Assembly: GCA_026388115.1 (NCBI GenBank)
Contig: JAPLKK010000130.1
Coordinates: 7,032 to 58,928, forward strand
DNA: 51,897 nt
Origin: Elusimicrobiota bacterium
GTDB taxonomy: Bacteria > Elusimicrobiota > Elusimicrobia > UBA1565 > JACRDR01
Direction of reading: 5' to 3'
Numbering within the stretch: position 1 is the first letter of the stretch; each line of letters opens with the position of its first letter. The translations under genes were made by a program, and so were the position numbers. The notes beneath the pieces were generated by a model, which did no database searches, had not been told where the DNA came from, and was given only the letters and a program-made list of their open reading frames with translations. Below, in pieces: positions 1-8,157 of this stretch.

Positions 1-63
1 ACCGCGCCCGCGGCCGTCGTCCTCGGGCGCGACTGGCGGCGCTGCCGCCGGCTGGCGCCTTGA
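1..63 (+). CDS. 3' end of an upstream gene (partial, unknown product)
   Basis: Frame 1 is open from the window edge to TGA at 61-63, followed by the pilT RBS (AGAGGGAG). Confidence 0.35.
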   Translation, partial: TAPAAVVLGRDWRRCRRLAP

Positions 64-78
64 ACTAGAGGGAGATTC

Positions 79-1167
79 ATGGAACTTGTGCAGATCCTGA
101 AGACCGCCGTCGGACACGGCGCCAGCGACATCCACCTCGTCATCGGCAAGCCTCCCATGATGCGGACCGACGGCGAGATCCAGGAGGTGCCCGGCTTCGG
201 CATCATCAGCGCCGAGGAGTCCAAGCGCCTCGTGTACTCCATCCTCTACGAGGAGCAGCGCGCCAAGTTCGAGGAGCACTGGGAGCTCGACTGCTCGTTC
301 GCCGTCCGCGACGTGGCGCGCTTCCGCGTCAACGTGCTGCTCCAGCGCAACGGCGTCGAGGCCGTCATGCGCGTCATCTCCTCGAAGATCCCGACGCCCG
401 ACCAGCTCCGCCTCAGCAAGACCGTGATCGACTTCGCGGACCTGCCCCGCGGCTTGGTGCTCGTGACGGGGCCGACCGGCTCGGGCAAGACCACGACGCT
501 GGCCGCGATCATGGAGCTGATCAACCAGAAGTTCAAGTGCCACGTGCTGACCATCGAGGACCCCATCGAGTTCGTCTACGAGTCCAAGAACTGCATCTTC
601 CGCCAGCGGGAGGTCGGGCAGAACACCAAGAGCTTCAACGACGCCCTGAAGCACGCCCTGCGCCAGGACCCCGACGTCATCCTCATCGGCGAGATGCGCG
701 ACCTCGAGACCATCCAGCTCGCGCTGACGGCCGCGGAGACCGGCCACCTCTGCTTCGGCACGCTCCACACGCAAGACTGCCCCTCGACCATCGACCGCAT
801 CATCGACGTCTTCCCGCCCCACCAGCAGACCCAGGTGCGCGTGATGCTCTCGACGGCTCTGGCCGGCGTGGTGACGCAGCTGCTCATCCCGCGCAAGGAC
901 GGTCAGGGCCGCGTCGCCTGCCGCGAGATCATGGTGACCACCCCGGCGATCTCCAATCTGATCCGCGAGGGCAAGACCCACATGCTGTATCAGGCGATCG
1001 ACACCGGCGCCAAGTTCGGCATGATATCGATGGATAAATCGCTCGCCGATCTGGTCAAGCAAGGGCTGATCGCTCCGGAGGAGGCGCTGTCGCGCGCCCA
1101 CAGCCAGGACACGCTCAAGAGCCTCATCGGCTACACGGGCGCGAGCAAGGCGCAGGTGACGGGCTGA
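79..1167 (+). CDS. pilT: Type IV pilus retraction ATPase PilT/PilU
   Basis: ASDIHL N-terminus, Walker A GPTGSGKTTT, TIEDPIE, RQDPDVILIGEMRD, TGHL..TLH His box, AISNLIRE motif. Confidence 0.95.
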   Translation: MELVQILKTAVGHGASDIHLVIGKPPMMRTDGEIQEVPGFGIISAEESKRLVYSILYEEQRAKFEEHWELDCSFAVRDVARFRVNVLLQRNGVEAVMRVISSKIPTPDQLRLSKTVIDFADLPRGLVLVTGPTGSGKTTTLAAIMELINQKFKCHVLTIEDPIEFVYESKNCIFRQREVGQNTKSFNDALKHALRQDPDVILIGEMRDLETIQLALTAAETGHLCFGTLHTQDCPSTIDRIIDVFPPHQQTQVRVMLSTALAGVVTQLLIPRKDGQGRVACREIMVTTPAISNLIREGKTHMLYQAIDTGAKFGMISMDKSLADLVKQGLIAPEEALSRAHSQDTLKSLIGYTGASKAQVTG

Positions 1168-2183
1168 TGGACACCGCCAAGATCGTTGAGGCGCTCAGGG
1201 CCTTGCGGCTCCTGGAGCGCATCCCCGCGGACCAGCTCCCGACGCTCGCGGGGTATCTCAAGCCTCAGAGCTTCGCCGACGGAGCGCTCATCTTCGAGGA
1301 AGGCTCGCCCGGCGACTCGCTGATGCTGATCTACGAGGGCCACGTCCGCGTCTCCAAGCGCGTCGCGGCCGACCGCGGCGGCCAGGACGTCAAGGACCTG
1401 GCCATCCTCGGCCCCGGCGAGTGCCTCGGCGAGATGGCGATCATCGACCCCGGCCCCCGCTCGGCGCGAGCGACGGCCCAGGGGGCGGTCGACCTCTTCG
1501 TGCTCGAGCGCGCCGACCTCAACCGCTGGCTCACGGCCAACCCGGCCCTCATGGTCGGCTTCTTCGCCGAGCTGGTGCACGTGCTGACGCGCCGCCTGCG
1601 GCGCTCCTCCAACGAGCTGGCGCTGATCTTCGACCTGACGCAATGGCTGCTCGAGCCGATCCCATCGGGCAAGGACCTGCTGCAGAAGGTCCTCGGGCAC
1701 CTCGTGCCCCACATCGAGGGCTCCTGGGTCGGGGCGGCCTTCCTCTATAACGAGTACAACCGGGAATGGGACTGCGTGGCGACCGAAGGGGCGTTCAAGC
1801 CGCCCGAGGCCGTGCCGGACTTCGCGGGCAAGAAGACGCTCTGGCTCGACCCCCGCACCGTGGCCGCCGCGGTGCCGGGGCACCAGCGCCTCGAAGGCTA
1901 CCTCGTGCTCCAGACGCCGAGCGAGCCCGCGCCGGAGGTCAAGACGGAGATCAACCGCACCCTGGCCACCGCCGCGGGCCTGATCCACTCGGCCCTCGAG
2001 AACATCCGCTTCCGCACCGAGGACCAGCTCCGGGCGCGCCTCAAGGCCGCCCGTACCTATGGCACAAGGCGATGGCCGTCGCCGCGGCCCGCGCCGCCTA
2101 CGATAGGAAGGGGGAGAGCATCGTGCTGTGGGACGTGCGCGAGAGCTCCATCGTGGCCGATTTTCTGCTGCTCGTCAGCGTGA
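1167..2183 (+). CDS. Cyclic nucleotide-binding domain protein with GAF-like C-terminal region (true 3' end uncertain)
   Basis: IFEEGSPGD...G.V.V...LGPGECLGEMAIID..PRSA.A.A cNMP-binding signature; TGATG coupling to pilT; last ~37 codons overlap rsfS. Confidence 0.8.
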   Translation: MDTAKIVEALRALRLLERIPADQLPTLAGYLKPQSFADGALIFEEGSPGDSLMLIYEGHVRVSKRVAADRGGQDVKDLAILGPGECLGEMAIIDPGPRSARATAQGAVDLFVLERADLNRWLTANPALMVGFFAELVHVLTRRLRRSSNELALIFDLTQWLLEPIPSGKDLLQKVLGHLVPHIEGSWVGAAFLYNEYNREWDCVATEGAFKPPEAVPDFAGKKTLWLDPRTVAAAVPGHQRLEGYLVLQTPSEPAPEVKTEINRTLATAAGLIHSALENIRFRTEDQLRARLKAARTYGTRRWPSPRPAPPTIGRGRASCCGTCARAPSWPIFCCSSA

Positions 2184-2440
2184 CGTCGCCGGCGCATCTC
2201 GAAGCGGTGGACGCCGCCGTCAGCGACCTGCTCGAAGAGTCGGGCCTCGTGCTGCGCCATCGCGACGGCAAGAACTCGAACGTATGGCGGGTGCTCGATT
2301 ACGGCGGCCTGCTCGTCCATCTGATGAACACCGAGGCGCGCGCCTTCTACGCGTTGGACAAGCTCCACCACGAGACGCCGAAGCAGCGGTGGCTGGCGCC
2401 CAGGCACGGGGGCAAGGAACCGCCTAGCCGGCGCGCATGA
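2072..2440 (+). CDS. rsfS: Ribosome silencing factor RsfS (Iojap)
   Basis: AAYDRKGESIVLWDV..SIVADF, WRVLDYGGLLVHLM..EAR.FYALDKL; start placed at the in-frame ATG 2072 inside ORF 1766..2440. Confidence 0.9.
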   Translation: MAVAAARAAYDRKGESIVLWDVRESSIVADFLLLVSVTSPAHLEAVDAAVSDLLEESGLVLRHRDGKNSNVWRVLDYGGLLVHLMNTEARAFYALDKLHHETPKQRWLAPRHGGKEPPSRRA

Positions 2441-4089
2441 TCCTCGAGCGCGTCAAGAAAGAAGCCTCCGCGCTCATCGGGGCGTGGGCGGCGCGCCGCG
2501 GGATGAAAGACCCCCCCGCCGCCTCCTTCGCCCCCGCCCCGGCGCATGTCGCCGCCGACGTGTCGGTGCCCTGGCCCCTGCCGGCCGCGAAGGCCCTCAA
2601 GCGCAAGCCGCTGGAGATCGCCGCCGAGCTGGCCGCGGACCTCGCCCGTGTCCCGGGCGTCGAGAGAGCCGAGCCAGCGCCGCCCGGCTTCGTCAACCTT
2701 CGCCTGTCGATGGCGGCGCTCGCCGAGAACCTCGCCTCCGTCTTGAAAGACCCCGGCCGCTACGGCGCCGGGCTGGCCGAGAAGCCGCGTTCCATCAATC
2801 TCGAGTACGTCTCCGCCAATCCGACCGGGCCGCTCCACGTCGCCTCGGGGCGCGCGGCCACCTTGGGCGACAGCCTCGTGCGCATCCTGCGCCGGCTCGG
2901 CCACAAGGCCTGGGCCGAGTACTACGTCAACGACGCCGGCGGCCGCATGGAGAAGCTCGGCCTATCGCTGAAGGCGCGCTACGAGCAGGCGAAAGGCAAG
3001 GACGCCCCCGTGCCCGAGGACGGCTATCACGGCGAGTACCTCAACGACATCGCCGCGAAGCTTCCCGAGGAGGCCGCGCGCTGGACGCCGGAGCAGTTCG
3101 GCCGCTACGCGATGAGCGTGCTGCTGGAGTCCCAGCAGCTCGACATGGAGCTGTTCGGCGTGCGTTTCGACCGGTGGTTCCTCGAGAGCGAGCTTTACAC
3201 CTCGGGCGCCGTGCAGAAGACCCTCGAATTTCTGCGCGGGCGCGGCATGGCCTACGACAAAGACGGCGCGGTATGGCTCGGCACCCACGCCGTCGAGGGA
3301 TCCGAGGACGACAAGGACCGGGTCCTCGTCAAGAGCACCGGCCAGCCCACCTATTTCCTGCCGGACATCGCCTACCATAAGGACAAGTTCGACCGCGGCT
3401 TCACGGAGCTGATCGACATCTGGGGCGCCGACCATCACGGCTACGTCCCGCGCATGAAGGCGGCGATTGCGGCGCTCGGCAAGGCCCCGGAGTCCTTCCA
3501 GGCGATCATCCATCAGCTGGTGCACCTATTCCGCGGCCAAGAGGCCGTGAAGATGTCCAAGCGCTCGGGCGAGTTCGTGACCCTGCGCGAGGTGGTGGCG
3601 GAGGTGGGGCGCGACGCCTGCCGCTTCTTCTTCGCCCTGCGCACCGCCAACTCCCACATGAACTTCGACTTGGAGCTCGCGAAGAAGCAGAGTTCGGAGA
3701 ACCCGGTCTACTACGTGCAGTACGTGCACGCGCGGATCTGCTCGATCTTCCACGAGGCGGAGAAGCTGATGGGAGAGAAGGCGGCCCAGAGACTCGACGC
3801 GGCTCCCCTGGACCGGCTGGCGACGCCCGAGGAGCGCGCCCTGCTCATCAAGCTGGCGTGGTTCCCGGCGATCCTGCAGACCTGCGAGGCGGAGCTCTCC
3901 CCGCATCCGCTCGCGGGCTACCTGATGGAGCTGGCCGGCCTGTACCACCCCTTCTACGAGAAGTGCCGCGTCGTCGAGCCCAAGGACCCCGAGACGAGCC
4001 GCGCCCGCCTCGCCCTCTGCGGCGGCGTCCGCGCGGTCATCGCCCAAGGCCTGGACCTTCTGGGCGTTTCGGCGCCGGAGAAGATGTAG
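2437..4089 (+). CDS. argS: Arginine--tRNA ligase
   Basis: EYVSANPTGPLHVASGR (HIGH-type), WGADHHGY, KMSKR, YVQYVHARI, C-terminal PEKM; ATGA overlap with rsfS. Confidence 0.97.
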   Translation: MILERVKKEASALIGAWAARRGMKDPPAASFAPAPAHVAADVSVPWPLPAAKALKRKPLEIAAELAADLARVPGVERAEPAPPGFVNLRLSMAALAENLASVLKDPGRYGAGLAEKPRSINLEYVSANPTGPLHVASGRAATLGDSLVRILRRLGHKAWAEYYVNDAGGRMEKLGLSLKARYEQAKGKDAPVPEDGYHGEYLNDIAAKLPEEAARWTPEQFGRYAMSVLLESQQLDMELFGVRFDRWFLESELYTSGAVQKTLEFLRGRGMAYDKDGAVWLGTHAVEGSEDDKDRVLVKSTGQPTYFLPDIAYHKDKFDRGFTELIDIWGADHHGYVPRMKAAIAALGKAPESFQAIIHQLVHLFRGQEAVKMSKRSGEFVTLREVVAEVGRDACRFFFALRTANSHMNFDLELAKKQSSENPVYYVQYVHARICSIFHEAEKLMGEKAAQRLDAAPLDRLATPEERALLIKLAWFPAILQTCEAELSPHPLAGYLMELAGLYHPFYEKCRVVEPKDPETSRARLALCGGVRAVIAQGLDLLGVSAPEKM

Positions 4090-4157
4090 CCGCTTGCGCC
4101 GGCGCCTTTCGCTGTTCTAAGCTCATCCGACACTCGCACCCGACAGGGGAGGGCTTC

Positions 4158-4769
4158 ATGAAAACGAAGGCTTGTTGGATACTGCTCTTGGCGGCCGGCT
4201 GCTCCGGCATCAAACCCTATCCGGTCGAGCAGCGCCCCCTGGCGGCGGTGATGCCGTTCACCTACTCCGCGCAGCCGCAGGAATATACCAAGAGCGTCGG
4301 CGGCCTTCCCGACGCCTTGGCCGGCGCGCTCTTGCGCACCGGCCGCGTCCGCATGCTCGAGCGCCAGCGCCTCGAGGCCATGGCGGCCGAACAGAAGCTC
4401 TCTCTTTCCGGCGCCATCGACACGACCACGGCCGTGAAGCTCGGCCAGATGCTCGGAGCGAAGGAGGCCGTGCTCGGCTCGGTCGTGTCGGTGTCGGTCC
4501 GCGAGGAGGGCCGCAGCGTGAATTTCGCCACCAAGACCGACCGCTGGGCCGAGGTCGAAGTGGAAGCGAGGCTTGTGGACGTCGAGACCGGCGAGCTCCT
4601 GGCCTCGGGCCGCGCCTTCGGCAAGGCCTCCAGCGCGGAGAAGCACGCCTTCGGCGGGACGATCGGCGAGCTGGCCTCAAAGGAAGCCTTGGTCCAGCAG
4701 GCCATCCAGGGGATGGGAGAGAAGCTCGCCAAGGACCTGGCCGCCGGGATACGGCCGGCGACGAAGTAG
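4158..4769 (+). CDS. CsgG/HfaB-family lipoprotein
   Basis: Lipobox-like AAGC after a hydrophobic stretch; LER..LE....EQ.LS.SG.ID..TA..LG.MLGA, ARLVDVETGE; SD GGGGAGG upstream of ATG 4158. Confidence 0.8.
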   Translation: MKTKACWILLLAAGCSGIKPYPVEQRPLAAVMPFTYSAQPQEYTKSVGGLPDALAGALLRTGRVRMLERQRLEAMAAEQKLSLSGAIDTTTAVKLGQMLGAKEAVLGSVVSVSVREEGRSVNFATKTDRWAEVEVEARLVDVETGELLASGRAFGKASSAEKHAFGGTIGELASKEALVQQAIQGMGEKLAKDLAAGIRPATK

Positions 4770-4770
4770 C

Positions 4771-6051
4771 TTAGAAGGCGGCGCGGAAAGCGCGGCGGAC
4801 CGCTTCCAGCGTGCGGTCGATGTCGGCGCCGGTGTGCGCCGTCGACAGGAACGCCGCCTCGAACTGCGCCGGCGGGAAATACACGCCCTGCTCCAGCAGG
4901 GAATGGAAGAAGCGCGCGTACCGCTTGGTGTCCGCCCTCTTCGCGCTCGCGTAGTCCGTCACGGGGTCCGGCGTGAAGAATACGGTGAACATGGACGCGG
5001 CGGCCTGAACGCGCGCGGGCACGCCCGCCTGCCGCGCCGACTCCGCGATGCCGTCGGCGAGGCGGCGCGTGAGCTTCTCCAAGGCGCCGTAGGGCCTGCG
5101 CCGGCGCAGCTCCCTGAGGCAAGCGAGCCCGGCCGCGACGGCCACCGGGTTTCCGGAGAGCGTCCCCGCTTGATACACCGGGCCCAGCGGAGCGACGCGC
5201 TCCATGAGGTCGCGTCTTCCGCCGTAGGCGCCGATGGGGAATCCGCCGCCGACGATCTTGCCCAGGCAGGTGAGGTCCGGACGGATCTTATAGCGCTCCT
5301 GCGCGCCTCCTAAGGCGACGCGGAAGCCCGTGATGACCTCGTCGAAAACGAGCAAGGCGCCGTGGCGGGCCGTGAGCCGCCGCAGGGTCTCGAGGAATCC
5401 CGGCGCCGGCAAGACGACGCCCATGTTCCCGACCACGGGCTCGACGATCACGGCCGCGATGGCGCGGCCGGCTCGCCTGAACGCGGTCTCGACCGCCCTC
5501 ACGTCGTTGTAGGGCAGCACCAGCGTCATCCGCGCCCAAGCCTTCGGCACGCCGGCCGAGTCGGGCCGGCCGAGCGTCAAGGCGCCCGAGCCCGCGGCGA
5601 CGAGCAGGCCGTCGGAATGGCCGTGATAGCAGCCCGAGAACTTCACGATCACGTCGCGGCCGGTAGCGGCGCGCGCCAAGCGGAGCGCGCTCATGACGGC
5701 CTCGGTGCCGGAGCTGGTCAGCCGCACGCGCTCCATCGAGGGAAAGGCGCGGCGGATCTCCTCGGCCAACAGCACCTCGCCCTCGGTCGGCATGCCGAAG
5801 GTCGCCCCTCGAGCGGCCGCCAAGACGGCCGCCCTCGTGACGGCCGGGTGGGCGTGCCCCAGGATCAACGGACCCCACGAGAGGCAGTAGTCGATGTACC
5901 GCTTGCCGCCGGCGTCCGTCAGCCGCGATCCGCGCCCTTGAGCGGCGAAGACCGGCGTGCCGCCGACCGCGCGGAAGGCGCGCACCGGCGAGTTGACGCC
6001 GCCGACGAGGACGCGGCAGGCGCGGGAAAAGAGCTTTTTGGTGTTTTTCAT
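4771..6051 (-). CDS. hemL: Glutamate-1-semialdehyde 2,1-aminomutase
   Basis: GGVNSPVRAF, SWGPLILGH, YHGHSD, FDEVITGFR, LGKIVGGG, YQAGTLSGNP; start ATG 6051 overlaps the EamA stop. Confidence 0.96.
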   Translation of the reverse strand: MKNTKKLFSRACRVLVGGVNSPVRAFRAVGGTPVFAAQGRGSRLTDAGGKRYIDYCLSWGPLILGHAHPAVTRAAVLAAARGATFGMPTEGEVLLAEEIRRAFPSMERVRLTSSGTEAVMSALRLARAATGRDVIVKFSGCYHGHSDGLLVAAGSGALTLGRPDSAGVPKAWARMTLVLPYNDVRAVETAFRRAGRAIAAVIVEPVVGNMGVVLPAPGFLETLRRLTARHGALLVFDEVITGFRVALGGAQERYKIRPDLTCLGKIVGGGFPIGAYGGRRDLMERVAPLGPVYQAGTLSGNPVAVAAGLACLRELRRRRPYGALEKLTRRLADGIAESARQAGVPARVQAAASMFTVFFTPDPVTDYASAKRADTKRYARFFHSLLEQGVYFPPAQFEAAFLSTAHTGADIDRTLEAVRRAFRAAF

Positions 6052-6479
6052 GGTTTTGCGATGAGCCAGACGCCGCTGACGACCATCGCGGTGCCCGCGG
6101 CCTTGGCGACCGTGAACGGCTCTTTGAGGAACACCGCCGCCATGATGGCGGCGATCAGAGGGTAGCTGGCGCACACGGGCACGATCCTGGACGCCTCGGT
6201 CGTGTTGAGGGCGCGATAGAACAGCCAAAGACCCAGCAGCGGCGTGACGGCGCTGCCGCAGAGCACCCACAACAGCCGCTTGTCCGCCCGCCACACGGCC
6301 GCCCGGACCTCGTCGAACCGGATGACCATCGGGGTCAACAGGACGATGAAGACGAGATAGAGGCGGGCGATGAAGAGCTGGGCGGGCTCCAGGTAACGCA
6401 GCGCGAACTTGTCGAAGATCGGGCTCGACGCCCAACAGAGCATGACGGCGACGCAAAGAAGGGCGGTGGCGACGGTCAC
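6048..6479 (-). CDS. EamA/DMT family single-domain transporter
   Basis: Five hydrophobic segments, YRAL...EAS...P....YP, FLKEP motif; coupled to hemB and hemL by 4-nt overlaps. Confidence 0.8.
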   Translation of the reverse strand: MTVATALLCVAVMLCWASSPIFDKFALRYLEPAQLFIARLYLVFIVLLTPMVIRFDEVRAAVWRADKRLLWVLCGSAVTPLLGLWLFYRALNTTEASRIVPVCASYPLIAAIMAAVFLKEPFTVAKAAGTAMVVSGVWLIAKP

Positions 6480-7450
6480 GCGCCGATCCAGCGCGCCGCG
6501 TCGAGAGCGTAATAGGTGAGGATGAAGTCGGCGCCGGCGCGCTTGATCGACACCAGGGTCTCGAGCGCGATGCGCTTTTCGTCGAGCCAGCCCTTGGCGG
6601 CCGCCGCCTTGATCATCGCGTACTCTCCCGAGACGCTATACGCCGCGGTCGGCACGCCGAAGCGCTGCTTGACGGCGGCGAGGACGTCGAGATAGGCGAG
6701 GGCGGGCTTGACCATCACCATGTCCGCTCCCTCCTCGAGGTCCAGCTCCACCTCGCGCAGGGCCTCCAGGACGTTCGGCGGGTCCATCTGGTAGGTCGAG
6801 CGGTCGCCGAACGACGGCGGCGACTCGGCCGCGTCGCGGAAAGGGCCGTAGAAGCCGGAGGCGTACTTGGCCGCGTAGGCGAGGATGGGCGTGTCCTGAA
6901 AGCCCGCCCCGTCCAAGGCCGAGCGGATCGCCTTCACCTGCCCGTCCATCATGCCGCTCGGCGCGATGATGTCCGCGCCCGCCTTCGCCTGGCTCACCGC
7001 GGTCTTGCCGGCCAGCTCAAGCGTGGCGTCGTTGTCGACGCGGGTGCCCTTGACCACGCCGCAGTGGCCGTGGTCGGTGTACTCGCAGAAGCAGAGGTCC
7101 GCCATCACGGCGAGCTCCGGCAGCGCGTCCTTGAGCGCCGCCGCCGCGCGCTGGACGATGCCGTCGGCCGCGTACGCTCCGCGCGCGAGCGCGTCCTTCT
7201 TTTCCGGGATGCCGAAGAGGATGACGGAGCGGACCCCGGCGCTCCACGATTCTTTGGCGAGCTTGACCGCCTCGTCGACGGAGAGCTGGAACTGGCCCGG
7301 CATCGAACCGATCGCCCGGCGCACGCCCGCGCCGGGACGCACGAACAGCGGCAGGACGAAATCAGCGGGATCGAGCTTCGTTTCGCGGATCAGCTCGCGA
7401 AGGACCGGCGAGGAGCGCAAGCGGCGCAGGCGCGTGACGGGAAATGCCAT
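6476..7450 (-). CDS. hemB: Porphobilinogen synthase (ALA dehydratase)
   Basis: [19 protein letters not shown] Zn site, [29 protein letters not shown]. Confidence 0.97.
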   Translation of the reverse strand: MAFPVTRLRRLRSSPVLRELIRETKLDPADFVLPLFVRPGAGVRRAIGSMPGQFQLSVDEAVKLAKESWSAGVRSVILFGIPEKKDALARGAYAADGIVQRAAAALKDALPELAVMADLCFCEYTDHGHCGVVKGTRVDNDATLELAGKTAVSQAKAGADIIAPSGMMDGQVKAIRSALDGAGFQDTPILAYAAKYASGFYGPFRDAAESPPSFGDRSTYQMDPPNVLEALREVELDLEEGADMVMVKPALAYLDVLAAVKQRFGVPTAAYSVSGEYAMIKAAAAKGWLDEKRIALETLVSIKRAGADFILTYYALDAARWIGA

Positions 7451-7494
7451 AACAGAGGCATTGTACTAAAAGGAGTCTTCGGGTTTGCCCTCGG

Positions 7495-8157
7495 CTACTT
7501 CGGCTTCGGGAAGAGGCCTTCGAGGCCGCCGAGCGAACCCTCGATGCGCAGGCCGTCGACCGTCTCCGCCGGCACGGCGAAGGCGACGGGCGAGGCCGGC
7601 GGCTGGCCCGAAGGGATGCGGGAAAGCTGTCCGGGCTTGAGGGTGATGGTTTTGCCCGCCGCCGCGACTTCGACCTCGTGCTCGATGGCGGCCGCCTGCG
7701 TCTCGCGCGGGTCCGTCTTTCCCCAGCAGAGCGTCCCCCGCAGGACCGCCACCGCCTGCGGCGTGGCCACCCGCAACCTTCGGCCCTTGGGAAGCTCGTG
7801 AAAGACGCCCAGCAGCCATTCGCCCATCTTGAACTGCATCAGGGCGTCGTCCGCCTCCCCGCCCAACACGACGTCCGAGCGGCCGCCGACCACCAGCACG
7901 GCCCCATCGCCAAGCTCGACTTGGGCGATCCCGCCGGGACCCGTCTTCAACTCGTCGCCGGGGATCAGGCTCGCGCCCGTGTCGGCGGGCGTGAACCCCT
8001 GGTGCCCCAGCGCGCGGATCGACACGGGGCCCGCGACCTTCAGCACCCGCGCGTATTCCCCCTCTTCCAGAGGCTTCGGCCCCGCGGGCGGAGCTTTCGC
8101 GTGCTTCGCCGCGAAACCCGCCGCCGGGAGCAGCAGGCACAGCGCAATCGCTTTCAT
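7495..8157 (-). CDS. Secreted FecR-domain protein
   Basis: Signal peptide MKAIALCLLLPAAGFA; GD.L.TG..G.A...L.DG and V.TP.AVA.LRGT FecR motifs; TGATG coupling with addA. Confidence 0.75.
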   Translation of the reverse strand: MKAIALCLLLPAAGFAAKHAKAPPAGPKPLEEGEYARVLKVAGPVSIRALGHQGFTPADTGASLIPGDELKTGPGGIAQVELGDGAVLVVGGRSDVVLGGEADDALMQFKMGEWLLGVFHELPKGRRLRVATPQAVAVLRGTLCWGKTDPRETQAAAIEHEVEVAAAGKTITLKPGQLSRIPSGQPPASPVAFAVPAETVDGLRIEGSLGGLEGLFPKPK

